From assembly GCF_009914755.1 (NCBI RefSeq), contig NC_060944.1: a stretch of 64,000 nucleotides of DNA. The stretch is one strand, 5' to 3'. A program made the position numbers and the translations under genes. This DNA comes from the human T2T-CHM13v2.0 reference genome, Homo sapiens. Below are positions 1 to 14,727 of the stretch, piece after piece; position 1 is the stretch's first letter, and the number at the start of each line of letters is the position of its first letter. The notes under the pieces are model-generated. The model searched no databases. It had not been told where the DNA came from and saw only the letters and a list, made by a program, of their open reading frames with translations.

Positions 1-949
1 ATTACTAATTAATTTGAGCATCTCTCACTTACTTGTTGGCTTGTTTCTTTTTCCATAAATTGGTATCCATTTCTCTTGCCAGTTTTTTATTATGGAGTAT
101 ATATATATTGCCAATTTAAAGGACTTCTTTGAATATTCTAGTGATTTGTCCCCTGTCAATTTTAGAAATTGCAAACATCTCCTAATTTGTCATTAGTCTA
201 TTATCTTTGTCTTTATGTCTGTCATTTAAGAGAAATCATTTTCCTGTAAATGTTTTAAAACTTTTTATTGTAAAATAAAACACATTAAAAATCTCACACG
301 GCAAATGTTTAACTTAGTAAATTATTATAAACTGAACCCTTTAAAGTATTACTCAAGTCAAGAATATAACTTTGCCGGCCATTCAGAAGCCCCTCCGTAT
401 GTTCTATCCCAATTATAGCTCCCTCTCCCCTCCAAAAGCAATATTACCCTGACTTTCATATCAATCACTTTCTTGCTTCTTTTATCATCCAAGTGTGCAC
501 CCCCAGACACTATGGTTTAGTCTTGCCATTTAAAAAAATGTTTATATGTATTTTGAGTCTCTTTTAATCTACAGGCTCCCTTTCCATCTCTTCTCTTTCT
601 TTAATATTCATCTGTTGAAGAAGCCAGGCCATTTGACCTGTACAGAGTCCCATAGTTTGGAATTTGCTGATTGCAAGTCTTGGTGAAGTTCAAGATTCCT
701 CTGTCTAACGTCTTTACTGTAAATGGACAGCTGGTCCAGAGGCTTCATCAGGCTCAGACGCTGTGTTATTTTATCATGTGGCACATTCCTATCTGGGTGC
801 TTCTCTTTGAGAAGGCAGTGACACTTAAAGATTAGATCTATTGATTCATTGCGGATTGGAAAAAGGGGATGTTCTAATTCCATTTTTTTTTCATTTTTTT
901 TAACTGGAATAATTTTATAAAGAGACACTTTTCTCACTCGCCATTGGTT

Positions 950-1352
950 ATTGTTACGAACTGAATTGTATCCCTCCCCAAATTCATTCATTCGTTGAAA
1001 CCTAGCCCCCAATGTCACTGTACTTGGATATAGGGCCGCTAGGGAGGTAGTTGAGGTTAAATGAGGTCAGAAGGGTAGGGTACTAATCCAATAAGACTGG
1101 TACCCTTAGCAAACAAAGAGACTCCAGTGGTCTGTGTCCTTCTCTCCATACCTGCAAAGAGGAAAGGCCATATGAAGACACAATGAGAAGTCAGCCCTCT
1201 GTAAGCCAGGAAGGAAGACTCACCAGAAACCACATTTTGTGGCACCTTGATTTTGGACTTCCCAGCCTCCAGAACTGTGAGAAAATAAATTTCTGTTGTT
1301 TAAGCCACCCATTCGGCGGTATTTTATTTTGGCAGCCCTAGCAAACTAACAC
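950..1352 (+). mobile_element. MaLR LTR (MLT1A/B-like)
   Basis: Begins tgttacgaactgaattgtatccc; contains the MLT1 3' signature cagcctccagaactgtgagaaaataaatttctgttgtttaagcc...gcaaactaaca. Confidence 0.8.
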
Positions 1353-1839
1353 CATTACCCAAGTGGTATAATTAATACATAAAAGAGAAGATAACTGCTT
1401 GATTCTCTTTATTTACCAGGTTTCGAGTTAATGAATTTGTTCCTGTTATCCTCCAAAGGCTACCATTTAAATTCTTTTGTTATTATTAAATCATGGATTT
1501 AAGTATAGTTTGTGGTTTTCAATCCATTGCATTTTTATTCTAATTGACAATCAAGTTGTTCCATCTTTGAACAGTAGGAAGCTCTTTGGCTTGGCTCCTG
1601 AGGCCTTTTGACTTATCTCCCTTAGTCCTTGAAGCTTCTTTGTATCTTGAATGACAAAATATTCCAGGCTTGTCCTACCTTCATATCCTGCTTTAAACCT
1701 AGAATCAGCCATTTCTTCAAGGAGTCCTGGGTCCTTCTAATGAGAAATTTTATTTCAAGACTATAATATGAATGCTAGAGATGTTCACTGCTCCTGGGCT
1801 GCTCATTAAGTCTAGGCTTCTTGAGTGGGCAAAGCTAAT

Positions 1840-1852
1840 ATACATATATGTA

Positions 1853-1888
<36 letters not shown>
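1840..1888. repeat. (TG)/(TA)n microsatellite
   Basis: Read directly. Confidence 0.9.
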
Positions 1889-2417
1889 ACTCATGAATTC
1901 ATACTGGTTCAATGAGTTCAGTTCTAACTTAGAACTCAGATTGTTCACTTAACTTCTTTTACACTATATTTGAATCTTTTTTCTTACGTTCTGAGAATTC
2001 TGGTTCTTAATATCACAGGGAGTGATATAATTAGGATGTCAATAGTCTTTAATTATTTAATTTATCCCATGTTGTACACACAACAATACTACCAATCCTA
2101 ATTACTGACAACAGTTTAAAAAGTTTTGCATATGCTATTCCATTCCCTCCCCATTTTTACATTTACATAATCAAATAATAAAGCCTTTAATATATAGTCT
2201 CTTTCTGGTCTTAGTTCCGCAAGTGGGTATATATAAAGGCTCAAAATCAATCTTTATATTGACATCTCTCTACTTATTTGTGTTGTCTGATGCTCATATT
2301 GTAGGAGATTCCTCAAGAAAGGCTCATGGAAAAAACATTTCCTGAGTTCTTGTAGGTTGATGACAGTTTAAACCCTTTGTATTGAATGCCAATTTTGATG
2401 GATATAAAATCCTTGAG

Positions 2418-2719
<302 letters not shown>

Positions 2720-2871
2720 TCATATTTTCTTTCCTTAAGGTATCTTCAATATTTTACTCCTTTTCATCTACCATGAAGTGTTTCTGTCAAAAAATTATGA
2801 TACTCTAATGGTCTTTCTTTATGTTATATACTCTTTTTGCCTAGATGCCCGATTTTAAAATTTGTCTTTAA

Positions 2872-3225
<354 letters not shown>

Positions 3226-4544
3226 TCAATATTCTCAGATAGTTAGTGTGCTTTTTCAATATGTATTTTCAATATGTAAATTTAAATATTTCTTGTTTCA
3301 AGAAAGGTGATTTTAATTACTTATTGTGGTATTTATTTTGTTCGTTTGCTTCAATTTTTCTCTCTTAAGGACTCCTATTATCTCTATGATGGATCTTCTT
3401 TGCCTACCAATATTTGTCTTTTCTCGTGAATCTTTCTTATATGTTTCATTTCCTTTTGTTTAAAAACTTTCAACTTTCTTTTTCTTAAGGTACTATTTGT
3501 TCTGCATATGATGAACAGCCACTCTCTTCCTTCTAGTTTAGACTTTATTTCTTAAATTACATTTCTTTTATTTCTAAATATAATTGCTAAGTTTTTCCTA
3601 ATGTCTTTTTAGTTCACTTTAAAATTGTACATTGCAGTTCTAATCTGCCTTACAAACATGTCTTTCTGAAGTGCTTTCATAATCTGTAAGGATGTTATTC
3701 CCCATATCTTCTTCTTCTTATTTTGTATAGGATTTGACCTGGATACTTTTGAGGCTCATTTTTATGTTAAATTCATTTACCTGAACATTTAGAAGGAGAT
3801 AATCTAGAACAAAGCCACAGCTTAGGTGAGCTCTTCTGAATTCCTACAGTCCTCTCTTTTATAGCTTTGTATAATCTTCAAAAATCCTTTGGAAAGGAAA
3901 GCTGCTCATGCCTGCCAGGCCTTTCTCCTAGACTGTGACAGTTCCTTGGCTTATGACAACCAATTCCAAAGCTTTACATGGTGTTCTACCTGTGGGCATG
4001 TCTGTGTTCCCATTACCCCTTTTAATAAGGCCACCAGGCATATTGCATTAGAGGAACACCCGACTCTGGTATGATCTCTTCCTAGCTTAATTAGTTACAT
4101 CTGTGATGACTCTATTTACAAATAAGGCCATATTATGAAATCCTCGGGATTAGGACTTCAACATATGAATTTTAGGGGAACATAATTCAATCCATAACAT
4201 TGGATGTCTCTAGTTCCCCTTTGGGAGATAACCTCTAGGCTCCAAGGTCCTTTGAGGCCCCAGAAGTAACTCAAACCCAAGCCCACATCTCTTTAAGTGT
4301 TTCTAGAAAATACATGTTCCCATTGAGAGTGGTGGCATATTTATTATCTGAATTTTCTCTGAGGCAGTATTGAGGGCCCCTAATCAGCCTGTTGCTAAAC
4401 CAGACGGGGAGAAATCTCCAAATGAAGCCGGTAAGGGAAGGAGAGCAGGCAGGCATGAGCAGCTTTCCTTTAGAAGAAGTCTGAGTCCAACCAGGTCGAC
4501 CAGCAACTTAGTCTCACTTCACTTAGATATATTTAGACATGGAG

Positions 4545-5237
<693 letters not shown>

Positions 5238-5668
5238 CAGAGAATGGCAGCATTAAGTCAAAGCCCTTGGCAAGAGGTCCAGCCAAGGTCACATGGAGAG
5301 ATGAGGAGAGCTAGGCCCTCCTGGATCCAAATCACGGTCCGGAGTCCTCACATAATATGAATCAATCTCTAAAGATGAATTCTAGAATGGAGCTTTGGCA
5401 GGCCCACACAAGGCCGACCCATAACCTTGTGGATGTGTATCTCAAACAATCTCCACTCCCCCAAGTTCAGCACCCACCTGAAGTGCCTATTTGTGCCCTC
5501 TGCCAGTGGGATATAATTGTGAGGTTCCATGGCACGGTTCTGGCCAGATCTACCAACATCTATGCTTTGATTAACTTCATATTTTTATTTAAATTTCTTT
5601 TTTTTAACTTAAATGTACTTAATTGAATTTATTTAAGTAAATGTATTTAAAATTAAAAAAAAAAATCA

Positions 5669-5905
5669 GGGTGCCTAGCAGGCAGAGCAGCAATGAGTGG
5701 CAGCCCAGCCCGCTAGTTGAGACAGTGGCTTTGGCTCCTCCAGGCATGATGTGGTGGTGGCCAGTGTGATGCTGCTTGGCTTTGCTGTCGCCATTGTCTC
5801 CATATTCCACTTCGAAGAGATGGTTCTGGAATGAAGCCAGGATCAATATCACATTTTACTGGATTCCTATAAAGATACTATTAGTGGAAAGTCCTTTCAG
5901 CATCA
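5669..5905 (+). pseudogene. Processed (retrotransposed) GNPTAB fragment: 5'UTR + exon 1 + exon 2
   Basis: Frame from ATG 5769 reads [45 protein letters not shown], against recalled GNPTAB [43 protein letters not shown]. The exon1/2 junction (5819/5820) has no intron. Premature TGA at 5832-5834. Upstream sequence resembles a CpG-decayed GNPTAB 5'UTR. Confidence 0.85.
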
Positions 5906-6177
5906 GTGAGAAAAGATCTATTTTGAAGAGTATCTATTATTTGGACTGGAATGATGGGTCATGAAATCACCCATGCTTTCATGTTGAAGGGATCTTTCCA
6001 AGAAGAATGATCACGTCTCAGCTACAAGTGGAAAAGCAGGATCTATGTCTTGCAATGCCTAGAAGGTATTTGTAAAAATACTCTTAAAACCAAATAATGT
6101 TATTAAATTCTTGCTAGATTCTCTCACCTAGCTGAAAAATTTGAACCCGAGGCATGTTCTCTCTGTTAAAAATAAAA

Positions 6178-6310
6178 GGCCAAGTGCAGTGGCTCATGCC
6201 TGTAATCCCAACACTTGAGGAGGCTGAGGCAGGAGGATTGCTTGAGCCCAGGAGTTTGAGACCAGCCTGGGCAACATAGTGAGACCCTCTTTCTATTAAA
6301 AAAAAAAAAA
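6178..6310 (+). mobile_element. Alu monomer (FLAM-like)
   Basis: Single left-arm-type monomer followed by poly-A. Confidence 0.85.
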
Positions 6311-7549
6311 GATTAGCAAGGGTTGGAGAGCTGTTGAGGACATATTAGCATCTAACTGGGACTTTCTCCTTAAAGTTATCAGAAGGACTAGTGAAGAACT
6401 GGGAATGAAATAACTCTCCCCATATGTGAGTCAGTGCTTTTCAAGGTCCCATCTGAGGCTTGCCTGGGTCACCTTGGGTACGCTCATGGAACTCCATCCA
6501 CACTTAAGGAGACACTGACACAGTGGAAAGAGAACTGGACAAAGAACCACTGGTGCCACTACCACCGTGAGGCTTGAGCAAGTCACTTCCCCACAATAGT
6601 CAGCTGTTGGTGTGTAAGAACCACCTCAAAGCTCAGTGGCTTGAAACAACATTTACTGTTGTAGGTCATGCATCTGTGCATCAGCCAGAACTCTGTTGAC
6701 CTTGGCTAGGTCTGATCATGTGATGGTGGGTTGGTTGGGGCTTTCCCAGAGGCTGGGCTCCACCAGCACTCATCAGCTGGGGCAGCTCCGTTCTATGTCT
6801 CTCATTTTCCTCCTATGGGAGCCCAGACACATTCTTCTCATGGTGATGGCAAAATCACAAGACAGTAGACGGAAACACAGGAGGCTTCTTAGGGCCTAGG
6901 TTTCAAACTAGCACCCTGTCACTTCTTTTGTGGGAGGAAGTGCAAAGGGCATGGATACAGAGAGAAGTGAAGTATCATGACCAGTAACGCAATCTCCCAT
7001 AAAAATGCAATCTCTTGCATTCGTTTACAAATTTTGCCATTTGTAAAATAATGACACTGGACTATATGAGAGCTTCTCAGCCTTTTGACGTCAAGAGATA
7101 ACATGGTATTTTTCTTCCGCAGATTCCAAATTTTGAAAGGTGTTTTGTCTTAAGTAAATTGTATTTAACAAAGCATAATTTCTTTTAGGTTTTTTGAAAT
7201 AGTACTATCTTCTGGGACCTCAATTTTGAAACTATTGGCTTAGATACTCTCTAAGTATCTAATAGTCTATTTTTTTTAAAGATTCTACAAACCTATTAGG
7301 TAATTATTCTAAGTTCTATGCTTTTAAAATATTCAAGATTCTAATATTTTTTATTGTATACTTCTAGGATCAACAGCTAGTCAATAAAACTACATTTCCA
7401 AAGCATCTGTGTTTATATTTCAAAGATTCTTTGGATTTGTTTCCAAGATTCAGAAACACTGTAAGTAGTAGCACATCTTAAAATGTTAAGTAAAGGATTT
7501 TCCTCTGCATTTTTTACTTTCCTCTTCATCCTAAGATATTAACTAAAGG

Positions 7550-7844
<295 letters not shown>

Positions 7845-7869
7845 GATATTAACTAAAGGATTTTCCTCT

Positions 7870-8810
7870 ACAATTTTTTATGTCATTTGTTCCATTTCCT
7901 CATACAGGATAAAGTCTATTTTAGTGACTGTTCCATGTGCACTTGAAAAGAATTTGTATTCTGCTAGTGTCGGGTAGACTGTTCTATAAATGCCAGTTAC
8001 ATACATTTGCTTGATGGCATTGTTCAGTTTTTCTATATCCTTGCTGATTTTATGTCCATTGGTATTGATTACTGAGGTTGATGTCTCCAACAATAATGGT
8101 GGATTTATCTATTTCTCCTTTCAATTCTGTCAGTTTTTGCCTCCTGTGTTTTATAGCTCTGTTGTTAAGTTAGGATTTTGCCTCTTAGCAAATAGACTCT
8201 TATTGTTATTTAATGTTTCTCTTTATCTTTAGTAATTTTCTTGGTTCTGAAGTTCACTTTGATATTAATATAGTCACTTCAGCTTTCTTGTTGTTAGTAT
8301 TTGCATGGTATATCATTTTTCATCCTTTCTATTTGAACTTGGATATATCATTACATTCGAAGTGAATTTCTTGTAGATAGCATGTAGTTGGGACATTTTT
8401 TGTTTGTTTGTTTTAATCCTTCTTGACCATCTGTCTTTTGATTGGTGCATTTCGACGATTGATGCTTATTGTAGCTATTCATTTGTTTGGATTTAGGTCT
8501 ACCTAAATAATAAGTCTATTGTTAATACTTATTTTCTGTTTGTGACTTCTATTTTTCATTCCACTATTCTCCCTTTTCTAACTTTTTTTGGGGGTTGTTT
8601 GAACACGATTTAGTATTTCATTTTAATTTCTCTATTGTGTTTCTTACTAAATATCTTTGTATAGTTATTTTTAGCGATTGCTCTATTTTGACCTGTCAGA
8701 GTCTAGAGTCAATATTTTACCACTCCAAGTAAAATATAGAAAGTTTACCACCCTATATGTCTATTTATCTTTATCCTTTTATATTACATTTGTCTTATAT
8801 ATTATAAATG
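7870..8810 (-). mobile_element. Old L1 (L1M) ORF2 endonuclease-region fragment
   Basis: Minus-strand peptide KISKDIEKLNNAIKQ...IYRTVYPTLAEYKFFSSAHGTVTKIDFIL is typical of L1 ORF2p. Confidence 0.85.
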
Positions 8811-8907
8811 TTCCCATTCACACTTAAATGTATGTTCATGTTTTTTCTTTTTTAAAAGGGGGTAATCCCAAATAGTGTAAGTTTAAGGTCTCATAAAACT
8901 AGACCAA

Positions 8908-9208
<301 letters not shown>

Positions 9209-9562
9209 CTAGATCCAGCCCTACTTCCGCCCTCCACTTTCTCCCTGCCATCCCTCCAAAGAGATGTCAGGACTAAAAAAGACAGGTAGAGGCTGACTCC
9301 CATTCAGATTCCCCCTTCTTGGCACAGGACAGAAACTGAGGTAATTCCACAGGTGGCGTCTACACAGACAGTTCTGAGCAGCCTCTTGCAGATTTCTGTG
9401 GGTCAGAGAATCGAGGAGAGCCAGGCATTTCAAGTTGGCACAGGTGAGGCATCAAAAGCTAATAGTCCTGGCTGAAAATCAGGATGAGGAGGGCACAGGA
9501 GCTGCCAGCATGAAGCGATGACATGTAGGACTAGATGTTCTTCCTGTTCTGGGATTTTGTGA

Positions 9563-10022
<460 letters not shown>

Positions 10023-10291
10023 TAAAACAACACTCCTTCTCCATCACTACCTAGCCCTTCTCCTTGACTGATTTTTCTTCAGAGCTCTTATCACCACCTA
10101 TGACATTCTATCATACATTTATTTGTTTATTTGGTTTTCATCTGTCGCTTTCATTGGTTTGCAACTTAAACTCCGTATTTTAATATGGGTTGAATTTGCA
10201 GAGATTTTTATCTGATGTGTCTATGGTTATATTTCTTCCTTTCTCCAAAAAAAATTCATGGAACATAGAGGCCCTTGATAAACATTTGTTG

Positions 10292-10317
10292 AATTAATTA
10301 ATTAATTAATTAATTAA
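10292..10317. repeat. (AATT)n palindromic microsatellite at an L2 3' end
   Basis: AATTAATTAATT... follows the L2-tail-like aaacatttgttga. Confidence 0.85.
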
Positions 10318-12168
10318 GTCTCTGCTAGCTGCATGAATGGAAGCTTAAAAAATAAATGGTTTGTATAGGAAAAATAAAGAAAGATATTCACTGGAATTTG
10401 TACCTGGCTCATCTATATTTGGTGTTAAGATAGATTGATTTTTAAGTCTTGCTGTTTATAAGATCTGTCCTGGACTTGTTTCTAAGTTCCTATAATACCA
10501 TGACATGTGTTAAGGATCCTAGAATTCCTGGCCTCAGTGGCTCTGGACAACTCACCCTAAAATATAAAGCCAGATCTTAATGACTCCAAGATGTACAGGA
10601 TAAGCCAACGGCACCCGGCTTGATTTCACACAGCAGTTCCAGCTTGGGAGGATAAGTGAAAAGATTATCACAAGGAAATTGTTTACAGGGACAAGCAAGC
10701 TCCAGACATGGCCATCACCACCTCAGGGCCCTGGCTGGTTTTTGTTTCACATAAGCAGTTTTCTAAGCAAAGAGAAGGATAGAACCTGGCATGGTTTTGT
10801 AGGTTTATGTAGCTCCAGGGATGAAAGGGGGGCACCCACAGAGGTCAGGGATGTCTAAGTCATCAAGGAGAGGAAAGGCTCTGAGAACTTGGGCATCCCA
10901 AGAGGTGACAGGATGGTTCTGGCTTAGGGCCAACATAGCCACATGCCTACAGGGACCAGGCAAGTAGCCTGACCCCTGTGACTTAAACAAGCAGAGGTGG
11001 CCAGGTGGGGGCCAAAGCAGACAGGCCATCTATATCCCTTCTCAAGGGGGTAACTCTGACTAATTTTTGCTAAACAAGGATGAAAACCCAGTATAGCCAG
11101 ATTTATTTTATTTTTCATTCAAAGTCAGAAATTCAGGTTTGCATGTGAAAGCTCCCAACTTTAAATGTTGGCATGAAAATCAGATTTTAGAAGCACTATT
11201 TTCCAGTTAATATTTCCATGTAACAAATCACCCCAGATTTAGTGACATCAAGCAACCATTTTATGATGTCCATGGATTCTTCGTGTCAAGTTTGGACAGG
11301 GCAAGTGGGGACGGCTTCACTCAGCTCCATGGTGTGTGGGGCTTCAGCTGGGAAGATTCAAATAGCTGGAGCTAGAATCATCGAGAGGCTTCTCTACTCA
11401 GATATCTGCTCTCTGGGCTGGGATGACTCAAAGGCTGGACTCGGCTGGGACTGTCCACTGGGGCACCTACACATGGCTTCTCCATGTGGTCTGAGCTTCC
11501 CACAGCATGGTGGCTGTGTTCTGAGACGAAGTGTCCTGAGCGTGGGAGCTGCAGATGAAAGCTGCATGGCCTTTTATGGCCTGGCTTCAGTTCCATAGTG
11601 TCACTTCTACCATACTCTACTGGTCAAGCAGCCACATACCCACCCAGATCCAAGGGAAGGGGAGCACAGACTTCACCTCTTGATGGAAGAGCATCAATGA
11701 ATTTGCAGCCATTTATAAAAGCACCACACACTGTGTGGGCCACACCAAATGGGTCTGCAGGCTGGATTTGGCTAGAACATTGCTGGCAGCATCTCTGAAG
11801 GGTGGAAGTAGACTATGGCCCAGCTCACATAGTGAAGTGAGGTAGCAACATCCCCAGAATATGTATATGGGTATGGGGCCAAGACAGAGGGTGCCTGCCT
11901 GGGTGGGCTGCCACTGGAGCAAACGGCCATGTGGGACTGCTGGTCCAGACACCAGCATTCTGCTTGCTCACAGCCTTCCTCTCCCCTGACCACAGACATG
12001 GGCCCATCCCAAGCTACAGCCTGACCCCAAAACACATCTTCGCCATGGCTGAGTCATCCTCTTCCTCAGGGACCCAAAGCTCCAACCATGGTCCCTTCTT
12101 CTTCCTCTCTAGGAGGACATTTTTTTAAGTCCTTGCACCTAAAGGGCTGATCTCACTCTTTTTCTAGG

Positions 12169-12510
12169 TGCCATAGACTCAATGTGTCCATCCAAAATTC
12201 ATATGTTGAAACCTAATCTCCAATGTGATGGTGTGTGGAAATGAGCCCTTTGGGAGATAAAGCCCTTATAAATGGGGTTAGTGCCCTTATGAAAGAGGTC
12301 CCAGGGAGATCTCTTGTCCCTTCTGCCATGTGAGGACACAGTAAGAAGACTATGAACAAGGAAGAAGGCCCTCACCAGACACCAAATCTGCCAGTGCCTT
12401 AATCTTGGGCTTCCAACCTCTAGAACTATGAGAAATAAATTTCTATTATTTATTTATAAGATAGCCAGTCTATGGTAGTTTGTTCAAGCAACATGAACAG
12501 ACTAAGACAC
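12169..12510 (+). mobile_element. MaLR LTR (MLT1A-like)
   Basis: ccaaaattcatatgttgaaacctaatc ... cagactaagaca. Confidence 0.8.
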
Positions 12511-13755
12511 CAGGCAATCTGTCATAAGTGCCTCTGATGGGCCCAAGTGTTCCCAAGTTGGAAATACCTTCCTTACGCATCACTGTCTCAGAGGTGATCC
12601 CTAGAAGAGTGCACAGGAAAGAATATGCAAGGGAAACAAGGATAGCCAATGCACTTTTATGTAATACACACAATGACCCTGTGAAGCAATTATTCCAGTT
12701 TAAGAGATGAAAAAACTGAGTTTCACGGAAAATCCAAAACTTGCCAGGGACACCCAGGAAAATGGGTGGTTTCATACTAGGTGGAACTGGGGAATTGGCT
12801 TCAAAGTGCAAGTGAGCAGGACAAGAGAAGACCAGCTTGCTTAGACTGGAGGAGGTAGGTTAGGCAGAAGTGAGGTAGGCCAGGTGGGACCAAACGCTAA
12901 AGAGCCCTGCAAGTGCCACAAAGTGTCATGAACTTAATGAGTCAGGCAGTAGGGAACCATTCAAGGTTCTCGAGCTGAGGGATAATTTCACTAATTATGG
13001 CCAATGATGATGCAAGCAATTTCTTACAGAGTGCTTTATTTTGCAGATCTCCTTTTCCATGCGTTTCCTCATTTGTTTCCCAACTGTGTGGTTAGGCTCC
13101 CCATTTGCCATATGAGCAAAGTAAGAGTCCCAGAAGTTACAATATGACAAAATTACTACTAGCAAAGCCAACACAGGATGCAAGCCTCCTCCCTCCACAC
13201 CCCAGTGAAGGGCAGTGGGGACTGCACGATACAGTGGGCATCTGCCATTCATTCTGGCCACCTAGCATCATTCTCCTTCAGCCCTTCGTTCCCTTTAGGG
13301 AACTCTCCCCCTACCTCTCCAAATGATTTTAATGGGGCTGTCAATCATGTGGTCCTATGCAAGAGTGAGCACCAGGCCAGGCTGACCAATTAGAGTCCTT
13401 CTCAGGGATTGACATGGATGCTCGGGGAAAGACAGTCTCAGGTTTTCTCTAGGGTTGCCAATGGCAATGAACCTCTGACAACTATCCTTTTGTCATATGG
13501 GGAATATCTGCTTGAGAATGACGTGAACAAACAAGACACCCAAGCTGAGAGATAAAGGTAGGAAGAGTGCACCTAGGACACCAATAAGATCCTACAGATT
13601 CAGCCATGTCTGGGTTTCTCAATTTTGAAAAACACTTTGATTGGTTTTGTCACACGCACCTGAATCAGCCCTTGGACCTAAGCTTTATTTAGAAGTAAAA
13701 TGGACTTGGGCTCTCTGTAAACCACAATTTCTTCATTTATCAAATAATAATAATC

Positions 13756-14059
13756 GGCTGGGCATGGTGGCTCACTCCTGTAATCCCAGCACTTTGGGAG
13801 CCCTAGGTGGGCAGATCATTTGAGGTCAGGATTTCAAGACCAGCTTAGGCAACATGGTGAAACCCCATCTCTACTAAAAATACAAAACTTAGCTGGGCAT
13901 GGTGGTGCGTGCCTGTAGTCCCAGCTACTCAGGAGGCTGAGGCACGAGAATCACTTGAACCCAGGAGGCAGAGGCTGCAGTGAGCCGAGATCACGCCACT
14001 GCACTCTGGCCTGGGTGACAGAGTGAGACCCTGTCTCAAAAAAAAAAAAAAGAAAAAAA
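13756..14059 (+). mobile_element. AluS
   Basis: Full dimer with poly-A. Confidence 0.95.
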
Positions 14060-14384
14060 TGAGAGAATAATCAAAATAGCAACTTAGCAACTTAGAGAGT
14101 TTCTGGAGAATTAAATATACTTCATAAACTGTGAGGTACCAAGAAAAGAAAAGAAAACTGTATTGAGGGACATGAAGGCCTAAGTAAATGGTGAAATATG
14201 GCAAATTCATGGATGAGATGTCTCAATATTATAAATATGATCATTTTCTTCGCTATTTAATTTACAATATAATCCAATTTTAGACAAAACTAAATTAATG
14301 AACAATGCAAATTAGGCAGTATTTTAAAACAGGGTGGCTATTTTCAAAATGACAGTGTTAATATTTTTAAGTTGAGGTGCCATT

Positions 14385-14727
14385 ATGCTGAGATAGCTCC
14401 AGTGCTTTGGGTTCCTATGTAAGCAAATCAAAGCCTAATGTAAACCGTAAAATGATCCTGGAGACTTAGCTAATTTGAAACCGCCAACTAACCTCTAGGG
14501 ACTTTCCACCAGATCGTGCCCAAATAAGGCAAACACCTACTTGTAGCCAGTCAAGCAATGTCTTTGCTTTGCTTCCACATTCACCCTATAAAAGCCTGCA
14601 GCTCAACTGCTAAAGTGGAGCTCTCTGAACCTCTTCTAGCTCTGAGTACTGCCCAATTCATGAATCACTTTTTTGCCCAAATAAACTCTGCTAAATTTAA
14701 TTTGTCTAAAGTTTTTCTTTTAACAAC
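14385..14727 (+). mobile_element. ERV1-class solo LTR (MER34/MER39-like)
   Basis: TATA-like ccctataaaagc, then AATAAA, with 3' end ctaaatttaatttgtctaaagtttttcttttaaca. Confidence 0.6.

Noticed and set aside
5776-5964. 62-aa ORF over the GNPTAB retrocopy
   Set aside because: Different frame from the GNPTAB-homologous frame and starts at a non-ATG codon.
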